Source: Chiloscyllium plagiosum (taxonomy: Eukaryota). Taken from it: a DNA stretch of 64,000 nucleotides. Below the pieces are notes generated by a model. That model worked only from the letters and a program-made list of their open reading frames with translations. It searched no databases and had not been told where the DNA came from. The stretch's first letter is position 1. Every line of letters begins with the position of its first letter. Where the stretch lies: assembly GCF_004010195.1 (NCBI RefSeq), contig NC_057738.1:26203063-26267062 (forward strand), read 5' to 3'. Shown piece after piece: positions 12,356 through 23,496 of the stretch. The position numbers and the translations under genes were made by a program.

Positions 12356-13299
12356 TAGTTAAGAGAAATGAGTGAAACAAAATTGAGGATCAGAAAGAAG
12401 ACAAAAGATGAAAAAGTGGAGGAAAGCAAGTTCAACAGAAGTAAGGGTGAAAATAGCAATAACACTGCCTTCAGATAGAAGAAAAAGGTGGGAGTGAGAA
12501 AAGTGAAAAACAAAATATTTTTGAAAACAAAATTGAATGAGTTTTATTTTGTCTAAATCCTTATTTTAGAGGTTTAAGGGGCTATTTGGATTTGAAAGGC
12601 ACTGATGGAGTCAATGATGACTCCTGCAAAAGGAAGAACCTGTGAAAAAGGATTGCGTTTATCAGAGATTATCTGCTGTGCACATTTATTTTCTACCCGA
12701 CAATAAACTGTCTGTCATCAGTAATGGAAATTATCTGATATTGCTCAAACCTGTCAGACTAAAACAATGCAAGTGCCTCAGGGAGGACCTAAAAAGCAGT
12801 GCTTCACCTTAAACTCTGTACATCACATTCACAACATATATATGATGGAGGTCATAGTACAAACACTGAAATGCAGCATGATCTGAGAGTACACGTGCCA
12901 TGATTACAATGTATAGTTTTCAAAGAGGCTTTTTTTCCCCACAAGTCTTTGAGTTTTCAAGGAGATAAATTCAAAGATGTGTGAAAAAAAGCAAACAGAT
13001 TGGATAAGATCAGTAACTGCTGATAGCACTCATAGGAAGATAGGCTGATTAGAACAGTAATGAGATGACCTTGCTACTTTATTGTACTAACATAAGTAAT
13101 GCAATGTCCACTCTGCTAAAGTTTCCTCTCCTTAGTTAACTCATTATAGAATAACATAAAGAAACAAGAATTTAAGAAGGCTGTATAAAAGTCAGTTTGC
13201 TTTTTCAAAAGAAATTTGACTATCTGGACCTCTTGATCTGCTTCCACCTTTGAGTGTGGATACTTCAGTGGTGACATATTGAAATCTGGAAGATTTGTC

Positions 13300-14330
13300 A
13301 AAAACTGCTTTCCATTGTAGATATGGCCACAAAAGGCTCCCATGTGTCATGAATATTTCATGTAAGATGTGCATTGACATAAATAAATTCAGTATATCCA
13401 GTTGTGAAGGATCTCCCATTTCCCCAACCAGTTGCTGCTCATATCTCCTTCAATAGAGCTATATATTCAAATGCAGGTAGTTCTTCCAATTGGAGGTTGG
13501 GGATCCACTCTATAAAGGTCTTTATGTGTATATCTACTTTGGTTCAGGTAACCTGGAACTGTTGTGACTTGTTTATATTCTTTGGAAATGACTGATTTTT
13601 TTGACAGATTAAATGCACATTTGCCACTGTTGGTCATCACTGCCTTTGTCTGTGGGATCTCTTTGTTCCACTGCACTGATGCAGACTTGCAATATCTGAT
13701 ATTTTGTCTATGTTGTGTTTTTTTTTTATATACCTCTACTGAGAGTGTTAGCATCTTATGAACTTAATAGTTTCTGTTGCTGTGGTAAGGTTATTCTTCT
13801 CCTTGCAGAGCTTGTCTGTGATTTTTCCTGGTCTCCCAAGCTGATATGGATAGCCTTTTTTAATATTCAATCTTCCATGGACTGTGAAAGATCTGAAAAA
13901 TTCCAACAACAATTCTGTCTCGTATGAATTCTGAATTGCAAAGGTCCATAATCACAGGCATCAACTAATTGATAAAATCATTCCTTAAATTGTCTACAGT
14001 TTCTCCTGGAAGTTGAACCTTTTTATTAAATTTTGCTCATTCAAGAATTCTATTTGTTCTTAATGTAAAATAATGGTTGGAAACTTTATTCTAGTGTCAT
14101 CAGACAATTTGAAACTCCTATTTTCTGATGATTCATAACATCATGATTTCCAGAACCTATTAAATATCGTAGTGAATTAATGTGTTTTGCTTCTAATAGG
14201 TATCCAATTTTGAAGCAATTCTGGTTCTTCGGAACTGTTTTCTCAATCAAATCTAATGGTGTATTTTCAGAACTTGCAGTCTGTTCAATTCAATTAATTC
14301 ATGACTGATTTGTATCTTTACATCATCAGC
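13300..14330 (-). mobile_element. Gypsy (Mag-like) gag remnant
   Basis: Minus strand E*AKFNKKVQLPGETVDNLRNDFYQLVDACDYGPL and IRDRIVVGI, plus a decayed zinc knuckle (KKISHFQR); homologous to 24830-25260. Confidence 0.8.
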
Positions 14331-14349
14331 CCTTGTTGGTTTTATTTAA

Positions 14350-15200
14350 ATACCTTTGCCTAACAAAAACCTATCAATCTCTATTTTGAAATGTTTAATT
14401 GACCTTTAAGTTCTGCTAATATTTAGGGGCAAAAGTTTCAGCTATCAATTTGTGTGAATAAGTGCTTAGCTGACATTATTCCAATCAACTCTTTTTCACA
14501 TCATCTTTTTCTGATCATCCCCAAAGAGACAACATATTTTCCATCTAAATAGCCTATTAATTGCTTTAAACACCTCAGTCAGAGCACCCCTTGCATGTTT
14601 TGTGTCAGAAGGGAGTATAAACCCCCTTTATGCTATCTGTCCTCATATTGTACTCGTAAATCTGTGCTGTGCCCCCCCGGGTCCAAAATATCCCTCCTGA
14701 GGTGTACCCAGAACAGAGTTTAATACTTTAAATGAGGCTGATTTGTACGTTTATTCAGCTGTAACAATTTCCAGCCCTTCCAGCCCCCTCAAGATAAAGG
14801 CCAATATTTATTAGTCTTTTTTAATTATTAGTTTCTAGCAGTGCACTCATTTTTAAAAAATGATCTCTGAACACAGTTTTGCCAATCTCTCTATTCTTCC
14901 GCAATTTCTAGCTTCTTGCCTTTAAAAAAAAAACACTCCGATCAGTCTTCCTTCAGCTGAAAATGGATGACCTCATACTTTCTATGATTGGACTCCATCA
15001 GTCACAGTTTTGCCCATTCACTCAATCTATCAATGTCCCTGTGCAACTTTCTGCTCCCATCTACACTATTTAATGTGTTGCCTAACTTAACGCCGTCAGC
15101 AGACTTGGATTTACAGCTCTCTTTTCCTTCGTTCAAGTAATTTATAAATATAATGAAAAGCTGAGGCCCCCGTACATAACCTCATGGGACACCACTCAGC
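14350..15200 (-). mobile_element. Degraded CR1 LINE
   Basis: Reverse complement contains GGTGTCCCATGAGG..GGGCCTCAGCTTTTC and AAGTCTGCTGACGG (GVPQG/KFADD equivalents). Confidence 0.7.
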
Positions 15201-17110
15201 AAGTTAGACAGCATCTGTGGAGAGACAGAAAGAGTTAATGTTTCAGTTCAATCACCTTACATCGAAATTAATTAGAAAGTCCTACAGTGTGATAATTTAC
15301 TGGTGTCAATAAAGACAGGTATTTAAATCTATTTCCATCCTCTTTACCCATCAAATCTCTGTATCTTTTTACTCCCATTCTACAAAGCATTTTTGCATTA
15401 CTTTGTACATTGAAGATGCTATATAGCTGCAAGTTTTTATTTGTGGTTAGGAACATTCAGTAGGAAAGAAACAAATGGTGTACTTTTTAAAATCTGCAGA
15501 GATTTTGTCAAGGCACATGTACCACAAGAGAAACTAGGCATTCACCTTGAGTTGCAAAATTTGGGATAATGGAGAATGTCAAAAAAGGTGGACTATTCAT
15601 GAAACAACATATGTAACTGAACAGGCTTCAGCAGTGGAAATGAAAGATTTGAATCTACTGATACATATTCATATATACTTGACCTAGATATCCATGTATG
15701 CATGTTACAATTGCTATTAACATTCATGTTATACTCCTAATTCTGTTTATTTGCCAGTTTTATACATTTGTGCACTCACATGATTATTCTAAAATCACAA
15801 ACCAGTGATAGTATCAAGGAATGTGCTTTAAACTCGCCTGGTTTATCTCACTATTTATTGATTGTGTAAATTGTGCATAATATCACTTAGCAACTGCTAC
15901 AGGAACACACAGGAATGCACCATGTGAGCCATTTTACACATCATACTCTGCATTTCTTCCAGTACAGACACTGCAAAAAGTATAGAACAATGAGAAATTA
16001 GAATCAGTATCATAACATTCCTGTATTTCAGGTATGATGTAATTATGAGTGCAGAGTTTAAAAAAATCATTATCAGGCAATGCCTATCTCACAAGCTGTA
16101 AATTTTCACCTACTTTACAGAATTCACAAATACATTTCAAGGTCTATAATCAGGAGATCCTGGAGCTGCTCATCTCACACCTTGGACTATAAACCATGCA
16201 CATCATTATCCTTTATGCAATGATGTCCTTGTTGGGTGACAGGGGCATGGGGTGGAGGAAACAATTCTTATTTACCCTCCCACTATTACAATCTCTGACA
16301 GTATGGGTGCCAAAGAGCATGTTCGTCTGAATCAGGTCCATGTACAATGTAAAAGTTCTAAATAGAAGCATCCATTGCCCTACTTGCCAGAGGCCTCCGT
16401 GTTCCTCCGGTTTGAACAACAACGCCTAAATATAGGTGCTGTGTACAGTGACGGCTGAATGATCACATTATTGAGAAGCTGCTTTGTTTCTGACATTGTC
16501 CACACAGGGTCATGAACTTGGCCTCAGTGGATTTTCAGGCAGAGGAGCTGTTGTCTACTCTGTGTCTGTTGTGCTACAAGTGTCCACTAACATTGATAAG
16601 GAACCCATGTGTCTCGATGTCCTAATATGCAATTTTCAGCCAAAGGTGCCCTTATGATGCAGTAAAATTGCAGGAGCCTCGTGGTCTATCATCTTTCATG
16701 CATTGTCGTGCAGCTGAGAGAGGGGCAGTGAGACTACATTCTATGTGGAGGTAAAGATCAGAATGCCAACTCATGAGGCCCTGAATAAATGTAACACACT
16801 ACCTTCTTAATTGGGACCAATGAGGATCATAAGGTATCTTCTCAACATGAGGTTTCCATGTCTTTCAGGTCAGGAGTTTCATTGCAGTATAGTACAGACG
16901 GAGGCTGTTGATTTAACCTTTGGCACGATGAGTCAGGTGAGAGCCATGGGAGAAGATGCTGCATACACTTGTGGATGTGATAAACCATGAGTCTTGCTAG
17001 AGGTGCTTACTATATAACTATGACTCTTGGTGGATGGGACTCCATGGGAATCGCGCCTGAATAGTTATCGCTGAGGGAGACTTGACGTACTTTTGTCAGC
17101 TGCAGTGAAT

Positions 17111-17184
17111 AGTCATGCCTTCTCGAGGTTCCCACTGGTAACAGCATTAGCTCCGTGCTCGGCTATCGCTGGCTAATTGTGACT
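17111..17184 (+). ncRNA. HDV-like self-cleaving ribozyme core of the R2 5' UTR (decayed)
   Basis: P2 AGTCAT 17111-16 with GTGACT 17179-84; P3 GCC/GGT around L3 TTCTCGA; P1' TCCCACT 17130-36; GG; P4 CAGC..TAGCT/GGCTA..GCTG; J4/2 GCTAA with catalytic C at 17173. Confidence 0.8.
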
Positions 17185-17269
17185 GAGGAAAGTTCCAAGA
17201 TGGCTGTTTGATCTGTGTGGATTGCGATACTACTTAGTGAATACCACAAACAAAAAAAAACAACATAAC

Positions 17270-19835
17270 ATGGAGCCAGTGAAAGACTCTCATCAGTCCA
17301 GTTGGAATGCTTCCTCGAAGAAAAACCTCCCCATTGGTTCTTTGATGGTAGCGATCTGTGACAGGTGCCAATGCCACACAAAGAGGGAATTCATCTCCAC
17401 ACGGACGGAGGAGATGACGACTAGACCCGACATACACAGACCAATAGTCTACGCAAATCAAGGCCCAGTCAGACTTGGAAAACCAAGACCAGACATAGAA
17501 GATGAGAACCCTGTTGTGGAAGATGATGGTGACCCACCCCACAGCACAAACAATCACAACACAAATCTTCCAAACAGATGGGAGAAAGAAGCACACAAGC
17601 AACAGGGAACCAAAACATCTGAACTGGTGAACTACATCAAAGCAGTCATCATTGAGCCCTTGTTTTATAGAACAGCACTCAAGGAAGTTTTGATATACCA
17701 TCCCATGAATGGTCTGTTTTGTATGGCCTGCAACTCTGTTCTTCCTACTGTGGGGACCTTCAGAGAGCACCTGCCCAAGACACACCATGTCAAGACCTTT
17801 CGCACTAAATGCTCCAAATGTGATAAGAGTGGGGAATACCATGCTATAATGTGATTACGCGAAATGTACACTCCAAGACTACCAGGAGCCTTCACGTGCT
17901 GACATTCACACCGAAGATGGGCCTTGGCCAACATGACAGACACGAGCATGCCCAACACTGAAAGGAGAAACGTTTGGAGGTCCTGAAGAACACACCCAAG
18001 CCAGGTAGGAAGGCTGACAAATGGATGGAAGAAGAAAACAAACTTCTCTGTGAGTTGTAAAAGCAGTATGCAGCCTGTACTTCCATCAACTCGAAGATAG
18101 CCAGTATCCGTATAATCAAGACACCTAAACAAATCTTCAATAAGTGAAGGATGCTGCAAAATATTGATGTGGGATCTGAAGCTCCAGTGCTCAAACCTCC
18201 AGCGGTTACCCTTGCAGAGGGTGCTGAACACAAATCCTTAGATGTCCACCAATGAAAAAGAACTATCAGTCTAGTAGCCTGCACGCCAAAACATCGGGAT
18301 ATAGATGACCAGCTTACGCAGGCAGAAGAACGTATAAAGAAGAAGGGTGACCTCGATGTTAGAGCCCTGGGCCTGGGGCTAATAGAAAGTATCATGGACC
18401 TCCTTATCAATGGTGAAGACCTCTCTTCGAGGACAGAAGATGGATGTAAAGAAGACCAGAAGAGGAAGAAGACAGCAGAGGAAAGGAGAGAAAGGAGGAA
18501 AAGAAAAGAATTTCTGAAGAACTCCAGTGCCGGAAGATGCTCAGCAGTGAAGAAGACCAAGTTCCAGACCATTCAACTTCTTTACAATCAAACCAGGAGA
18601 CAGCTGGTTAGACAGATCGTGGGAGCACCAGCCCTCATGGAATGTCCACTCTCCCAGCAAGAGTTGGAAGACAATTTCATCATGAAGCTTTCAATCAAGA
18701 ACAGCAAGATAATATCAATATATTCAAACCATATACTGGCAGTAAGGATAATGGATTGCCGATGTGATCCATCGAGGAGGAGGAAGTCGACATGGCCATC
18801 AGAGGAATCGACCCCGGAGGGCAGCAGGACCAGATGGCATGAAGATGGATAACATCCAGAAGATCCATTATGGAAACGCCACAAGAATACCAAGAGTCTT
18901 CACCTTCGGATGAGGACAAGCACTATCCCAGAGCCACTGGTGAGGAGTTGGACAATCTCGATCCCGAAGACTGAAGACCCGAAGAAGCCAGATGACATAG
19001 ACAGTTGGAGGCCTATTTCAATCAGGCCCATGTTGCTTCACCCTTTCCCTAAAACCATGGAGAAGCGACTCAGTGAGAGAGTCCAACGTAACCCTGGACA
19101 AAAAGGGTTCTTGGCCGTGACACCAGGATGCAATGCGATCACTGCAGTCCTGGCCAATGTCATCAGAGGCACCAAGAGAAACAGGAAGGAACTTGCAATT
19201 ATCTAATGAAAATCCTGCAATGAGCTTGCTTGCCAAAGGGATTCATTCAGCTTAATCGAGGTTTTTTTCCCCAGCAATGCAACGAAAATCAAAGGTGATT
19301 GCTGCGGAACCATCCCGATAAACATCCTGAGAGGAGTCAAGTAGAGTGACTCCCTATTGCCAGTTGTGTTCAACATTGTATTGGATCCATTGATATACAC
19401 TCTCGAGGATGCCAGCAGAGGAGTGTCCATGCAACCAGACAGAAGGAAGATCAACTGGTCCACCCTGGTCTTTGCTGATGACATCACCTTGTTGAGTGAT
19501 TCCCACACGGGAATGGTTAAAAAAACCCTCAAAATCGTCCAAGCATTTTGTGAGAATAAATGTCTAACTATTAACATCTCGAAGACAAAATGATTCCATT
19601 TTACTTATTAAGTGAAGATCTTTCTTTCTAATCAAGAACGCAATTGGGTCCTAAAAGGAGGCATCATCGACTATTGAAAAATACCTGGGACCCCGTATCG
19701 ATCCATGGGTGGGTGTGTCAGAGTTGGGAGAGAAACTGAAGATGTGGATTTCCAAGGTTCAGAATACTGCTCTCCACCCAATGCAGAAACTGGAACTCAT
19801 GAAGATGCATATGATTCTGAGATTGTACTATCTTT
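17270..19835 (+). pseudogene. R2 ORF pseudogene (zinc fingers, Myb, reverse transcriptase, thumb; endonuclease lost)
   Basis: CMAC..FREHLPKTH; CSKC..YHAIM[CH]YAKC; FTPKMGLGQHDRHEH; Myb WMEEENKLL..KTPKQI (~18022-18150); AGPDG; IPK..WRPISI; QKGF; FNIVLDPL; FADD at 19471-19482; KYLG; PMQKLELMK. Many stops and frameshifts, and the DxxKAFD motif is deleted. Confidence 0.9.
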
Positions 19836-19839
19836 TAAA

Positions 19840-20145
19840 TTAGATTAGATTAGATTAGATTAGATTCCCTACAGTGTGGAAACAGGGCCTTTGGCCCAAC
19901 AAGTCAACACTGACCCTCCAAAGAGTAACACACATAGACCCATTTCCCTCTAACTAATGCACCTAACACTATGGGCAATTTAGCATGGCCAATTCGCCTG
20001 ACCTGCACATCTTTGGAGTGTGGGAGGGAACCGGAGCACCCGAAGGAAACCCATGCAGACACGAGGAGAATGTGCAAACTCCACACAGACAGCCGCCCGA
20101 GGCTGGAATCAAACCAGGGACCCTGGTGCTAACCACTGAGCCACT
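19840..20145 (-). mobile_element. HE1/V-SINE
   Basis: V-domain (reverse complement TGTGTGGAGTTTGCACATTCTCC..TGGGTTTCC), GGCCATGCTAAATTGCCC and (TTAGA)n tail. Confidence 0.92.
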
Positions 20146-20149
20146 AATC

Positions 20150-20745
20150 ACTGAATCCCCCATTATCAACATCCTGGCTATGACCACTGTCTAGAAACTG
20201 AAGAAAATAATTCACCTCCTGACTCTCCAAAGCCTGTCCATCATCTCCATGGGACAAATTAGGAATATGAATGCATACTCCCCTCTTGACTGGTTGAAGG
20301 CAAGTCAAAAAACATTCAAGAAGCCTGACATAATCCAATAGGAAGAAACTACTGGCAACCACACCCACAAACATTCACTCCCTCGAAAACTGATGTTTTG
20401 TAGCAACAGTGTGGACCACCTACAAGTTACAGTGTAGAAATTCACCAAGGTTTCTGAGACAGCATTTCTGAACCCACCATCACCATTATCTGGAAGGAGA
20501 AGGGCAGCAGATACATAGGAACACCATCATTTGCAAGTTCCTCCACAAGTCACTCATCATCTTGACTTGGAAATGTATCGGTATGCCATCAGTGTCAAAA
20601 TCCTGGAACTCTCTGTTAACAACTTTATGGATCTATGTACACCAAATGGACTGCAGCTGTTTAAGATGGGAGTTCACCACTATCTTCACAATGGCAACTA
20701 GGGATGGGGAATAAATCCTGGCCCAGCCAGAAATGAATGAATTTT
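20150..20745 (+). mobile_element. L2-type LINE 3' fragment
   Basis: ESPIINILA..; HSLE motif; ends GGCAACTAGGGATGGGGAATAAATCCTGGCCCAGCCAG..AATGAATGAAT. Confidence 0.75.
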
Positions 20746-20959
20746 AAAATACGCAGAAAGTCCTGGCATCAGTGAGCACAAGTTGACATGAGTGTGGAGA
20801 CCTGGGTGGGTGGTACATTCAAAGTGACGAGAGCAGCATAAAATTGTGTGAGAAAACTTGTCAGATCTCACAGAGAGAAATCTTCCATGAAACTCCCCAG
20901 AAGAGACATTTGGCCAACTCTTGGGGAAATTTAGCTTTTGCCCGACACTTAGAAATCAT

Positions 20960-21125
20960 CAAAGGAAAAGAAAAACTGGTTGCCTTACACTTCTGTTTGT
21001 GAAAGTTTGTCGCCCATCTTTCTTAAATTGTAACAGTGAGTACACTTCAGAAGTGTTTCACAGGATGTAGACCTCTTTAAGAAATCTGGTGCTCATGAAA
21101 GGCACTATATAAATGCAAATCCTTC
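20960..21125 (+). mobile_element. SacSINE1/Deu-type SINE 3' fragment
   Basis: ACAGTGAGTACACTTCAGAAGT...TGAAAGGCACTATATAAATGCAA tail. Confidence 0.55.
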
Positions 21126-22364
21126 TTTCACTTAAAGCAGAAATGGATGGGTTATTAGCTTGTTTCAGTCTATATTTAGGAAGTCATGTTTTGTAGCCAA
21201 ACCTCTCGGTTTGATGCGCCTATGGTAAAATTGGGATCATGCATGTTTTAAACATGTGGTGGGTAAAATTCAGTGAGGGTTTTCCTCTGCCTTTTAAACA
21301 TTTTGAAATAAAGGACAGAAAACTGCATGGATACAAAGACAGATGAGTAAGAGAAAGCCCCCAAAGAGAAAATAACCCCAGTACGTTTAAAGGAAAAGTA
21401 CCAATCACTCAAAGTGACAGAATTCTCTTTGCCTTTAAGATTATTGCATAAGATGCATCATGAAGGCAGTTGCAGGCTCTCCAAATGGATAATGTGTCAC
21501 AGGAATAATAAGAGTCCTTAGGCATTGCAGTGAGGTGATGCAGAGCTGTGTATCCAGCCACAAGTCACGGGGTGAGAGAAATGCTATTCCTCTGTAATGA
21601 AAGGGTGGTTACCGCGGAAATGAATATCCCAGTGAAAATTCTGTTGCAGGGCCATTAATAAGCACTTTTATGTTTTGCAGGGGCATTCTGCTCTGATTTG
21701 TTCACTAAATCTGCAGCTCAGAATTAGACCAGCATTTATGGGGTAGATAGAGAAATGAAATGAAAGTGATCCAAGGGAACTGGGTAAAATTAGATTTGCT
21801 GAATCAAATCTCCCTCTATTTTTTGGATATAATTTTTTGCTGGTGTTTATTTATTTCTCTTTATCAACATAAAGGTTATCAGAGCAATTGAACTCTTCCA
21901 ATTTAAATGTTTGAGTCTGGGTGGCCAAGGGGTGTGGGAATTATAATTCTGCTTCCTATGAAATAGATTTCTCAGGTAAGAGTAGACATCAGCGTAGATT
22001 TAGAATGGGACAGGGAGCGTTCACTTATAAACATTTATTTCACGCATGAGGGTTCTAATATCATTTATTTTGCGTCATGCTCTATCTTTAAATGGGCTCT
22101 TCAATGTCTCAGTGATTTCATTGTTCTGCATCTCACATCAATTCTTAATGGTTAGTCTGAATGAGATGATCAGTGAAAGAGCTGATTGAGAATAGGTACG
22201 TGTTGGTGACAAATCTGTATGAAAAATCTTTAGTTAATCTAGTGGAATAAGAAGACATTCTTCGAACATTTTGGGGGGTGTTGCAGTGGTAAGGATAGTG
22301 CAATAGAAGTGGAGAGGATGGCGCTCAGGAACTAACTTAACCCAGCCTGTTATTTATTTGTTGA

Positions 22365-22610
22365 TTTCACTTGATTAGTTACTATTACACATACGAAGAT
22401 ACAGTGGAAAGTATTATATAGTGTGTTGTCTAGACAAATCATACCTTATGCAGGTCCATCAGGTAAGTAGAACAGAATGCAGAATATAATGTTACAGCTA
22501 CAGAGAAGGTGCCAAAAAAGATCAACTCTAATACATGAGAGGCCCGTTCATAAATCTGATAACAGTGGGGAAGAATCTGTTCTTGTATTTGTTAGTGTAT
22601 GTTTTCAAAT
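22365..22610 (-). mobile_element. Rex1/Babar-like LINE 3' end
   Basis: Minus strand KNRFFPTVIRFMN (SFFPxxIRLLN-type C-terminus); related pieces at 40145-40390 and 41432-41675. Confidence 0.6.
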
Positions 22611-22654
22611 GTTTCAAGACATGTGTGTATCACTAACATGGTCAGTAAATAACA

Positions 22655-23065
22655 TCCATCCCTAATTGCCCTTGAACTGGGTGTCTTGCCTTACTATTTC
22701 AAAGGGCAGTTAAGAGTCAACCACAATTGCAATTGTATCTAGGCCAAGTGGGATATGGATGGCAGGTTTCCATCCCGAGAGCACTCAGTGGGCCGGAAAG
22801 TTTGTCACAACAATTGATCATAGGTGCATGGTGTGAAACCAACTTTCAATTCCACGTTTTATTCATTGAATATTTTTAAATATTCATTCGTGGGATATGA
22901 ACATCCCTGGCTGGGCCAGAATTTATTGCTAATCCCTAGTTGCCCTTGAGAAGGTGAGCTGTTTTCTTGAAACTGGAATTTAAATTTCATCAGCAGATGT
23001 GGTGGGATTTGAACTCATGTCCCTAAAGCATTAGGCTTCTGGCAGCATATTATATAGCAGCATGA
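22655..23065 (-). mobile_element. tRNA-SINE/L2-tail fragments
   Basis: CATCCCTAATTGCCCTTG, GGCAGTTAAGAGTCAACCACA, ATTCATTCGTGGGATATG, GGGATTTGAACTC. Confidence 0.65.
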
Positions 23066-23070
23066 CCACC

Positions 23071-23496
23071 TGTCATATAAGGTAATGGGTCTGATGGAGT
23101 TAATTTTCATGTTATAGTCAACACACCACATTCTGTTGCTATCACACACAGTCTGGAGGTGGAGATAATGTGTTCTACACCAGATTTTGTAGGGAATAAA
23201 TGCATTCTATACAGCTTGCTAATTATGCCCGAGGTGCAGCATAGTTGTACTTACTGCTATTACGCAATGTCTTGTTGATGAAGAAAAATGCCTTTTCTGT
23301 AAAGATTGTGTATTGCGTATCCACGACTAGGAGAAAGTGAGGACTGCAGATGCTGGAGATCAGAGTCGAAAAGTGCGGCGCTGGAAAAGCACTGCAGGTC
23401 AGGCAGCATCCGAGGTGCAGGAGAGTTGACATTTCCGGCATAAGCCCTTGTGTATCCTCTACCATTGACTATCAGTCTGGCCCGAGACAAAACACA
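23071..23496 (+). repeat. 5' LTR (contains a Penelope insertion)
   Basis: TGTCATATAAGGTAAT...CACATTCTGTTG..CACAGTCTG...AACACA; colinear with 27702-27991. Confidence 0.7.
23329..23449 (-). mobile_element. Penelope terminal fragment inside the LTR
   Basis: GAGAAAGTGAGGACTGCAGATGCTGG...GACATTTCCGGCATAAGCCCTT. Confidence 0.85.

Larger units (their letters stand above)
17015..19835 (+). mobile_element. R2 non-LTR retrotransposon (three-zinc-finger, R2-A-like), ectopic, 3'-truncated fossil
   Basis: 5' 28S-target remnant TAACTATGACTCT (17015-17027), HDV-like ribozyme, three zinc fingers, Myb and RT motifs; flanks are not rDNA. Confidence 0.9.

Noticed and set aside
17015-17027. 28S rRNA gene or pseudogene
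   Set aside because: Only 13 nt match; the surrounding sequence is not rRNA, so it is treated as the R2 leader
17234-18572. Minus-strand ORFs of 188-226 aa
   Set aside because: Antisense shadows of the R2 ORF
21194-21201. TAGCCAAA as the downstream half of the 28S R2 target
   Set aside because: Only 8 nt, no continuation into TGCCTCGTC, and no R2 3' sequence before it; expected by chance
21666-21981. Possible exon (TTTTGCAG acceptor, CAGGTAAG donor)
   Set aside because: The frame checked hits a stop early, the ORF track shows nothing here, and no partner exons were found; a non-coding exon cannot be excluded without RNA data
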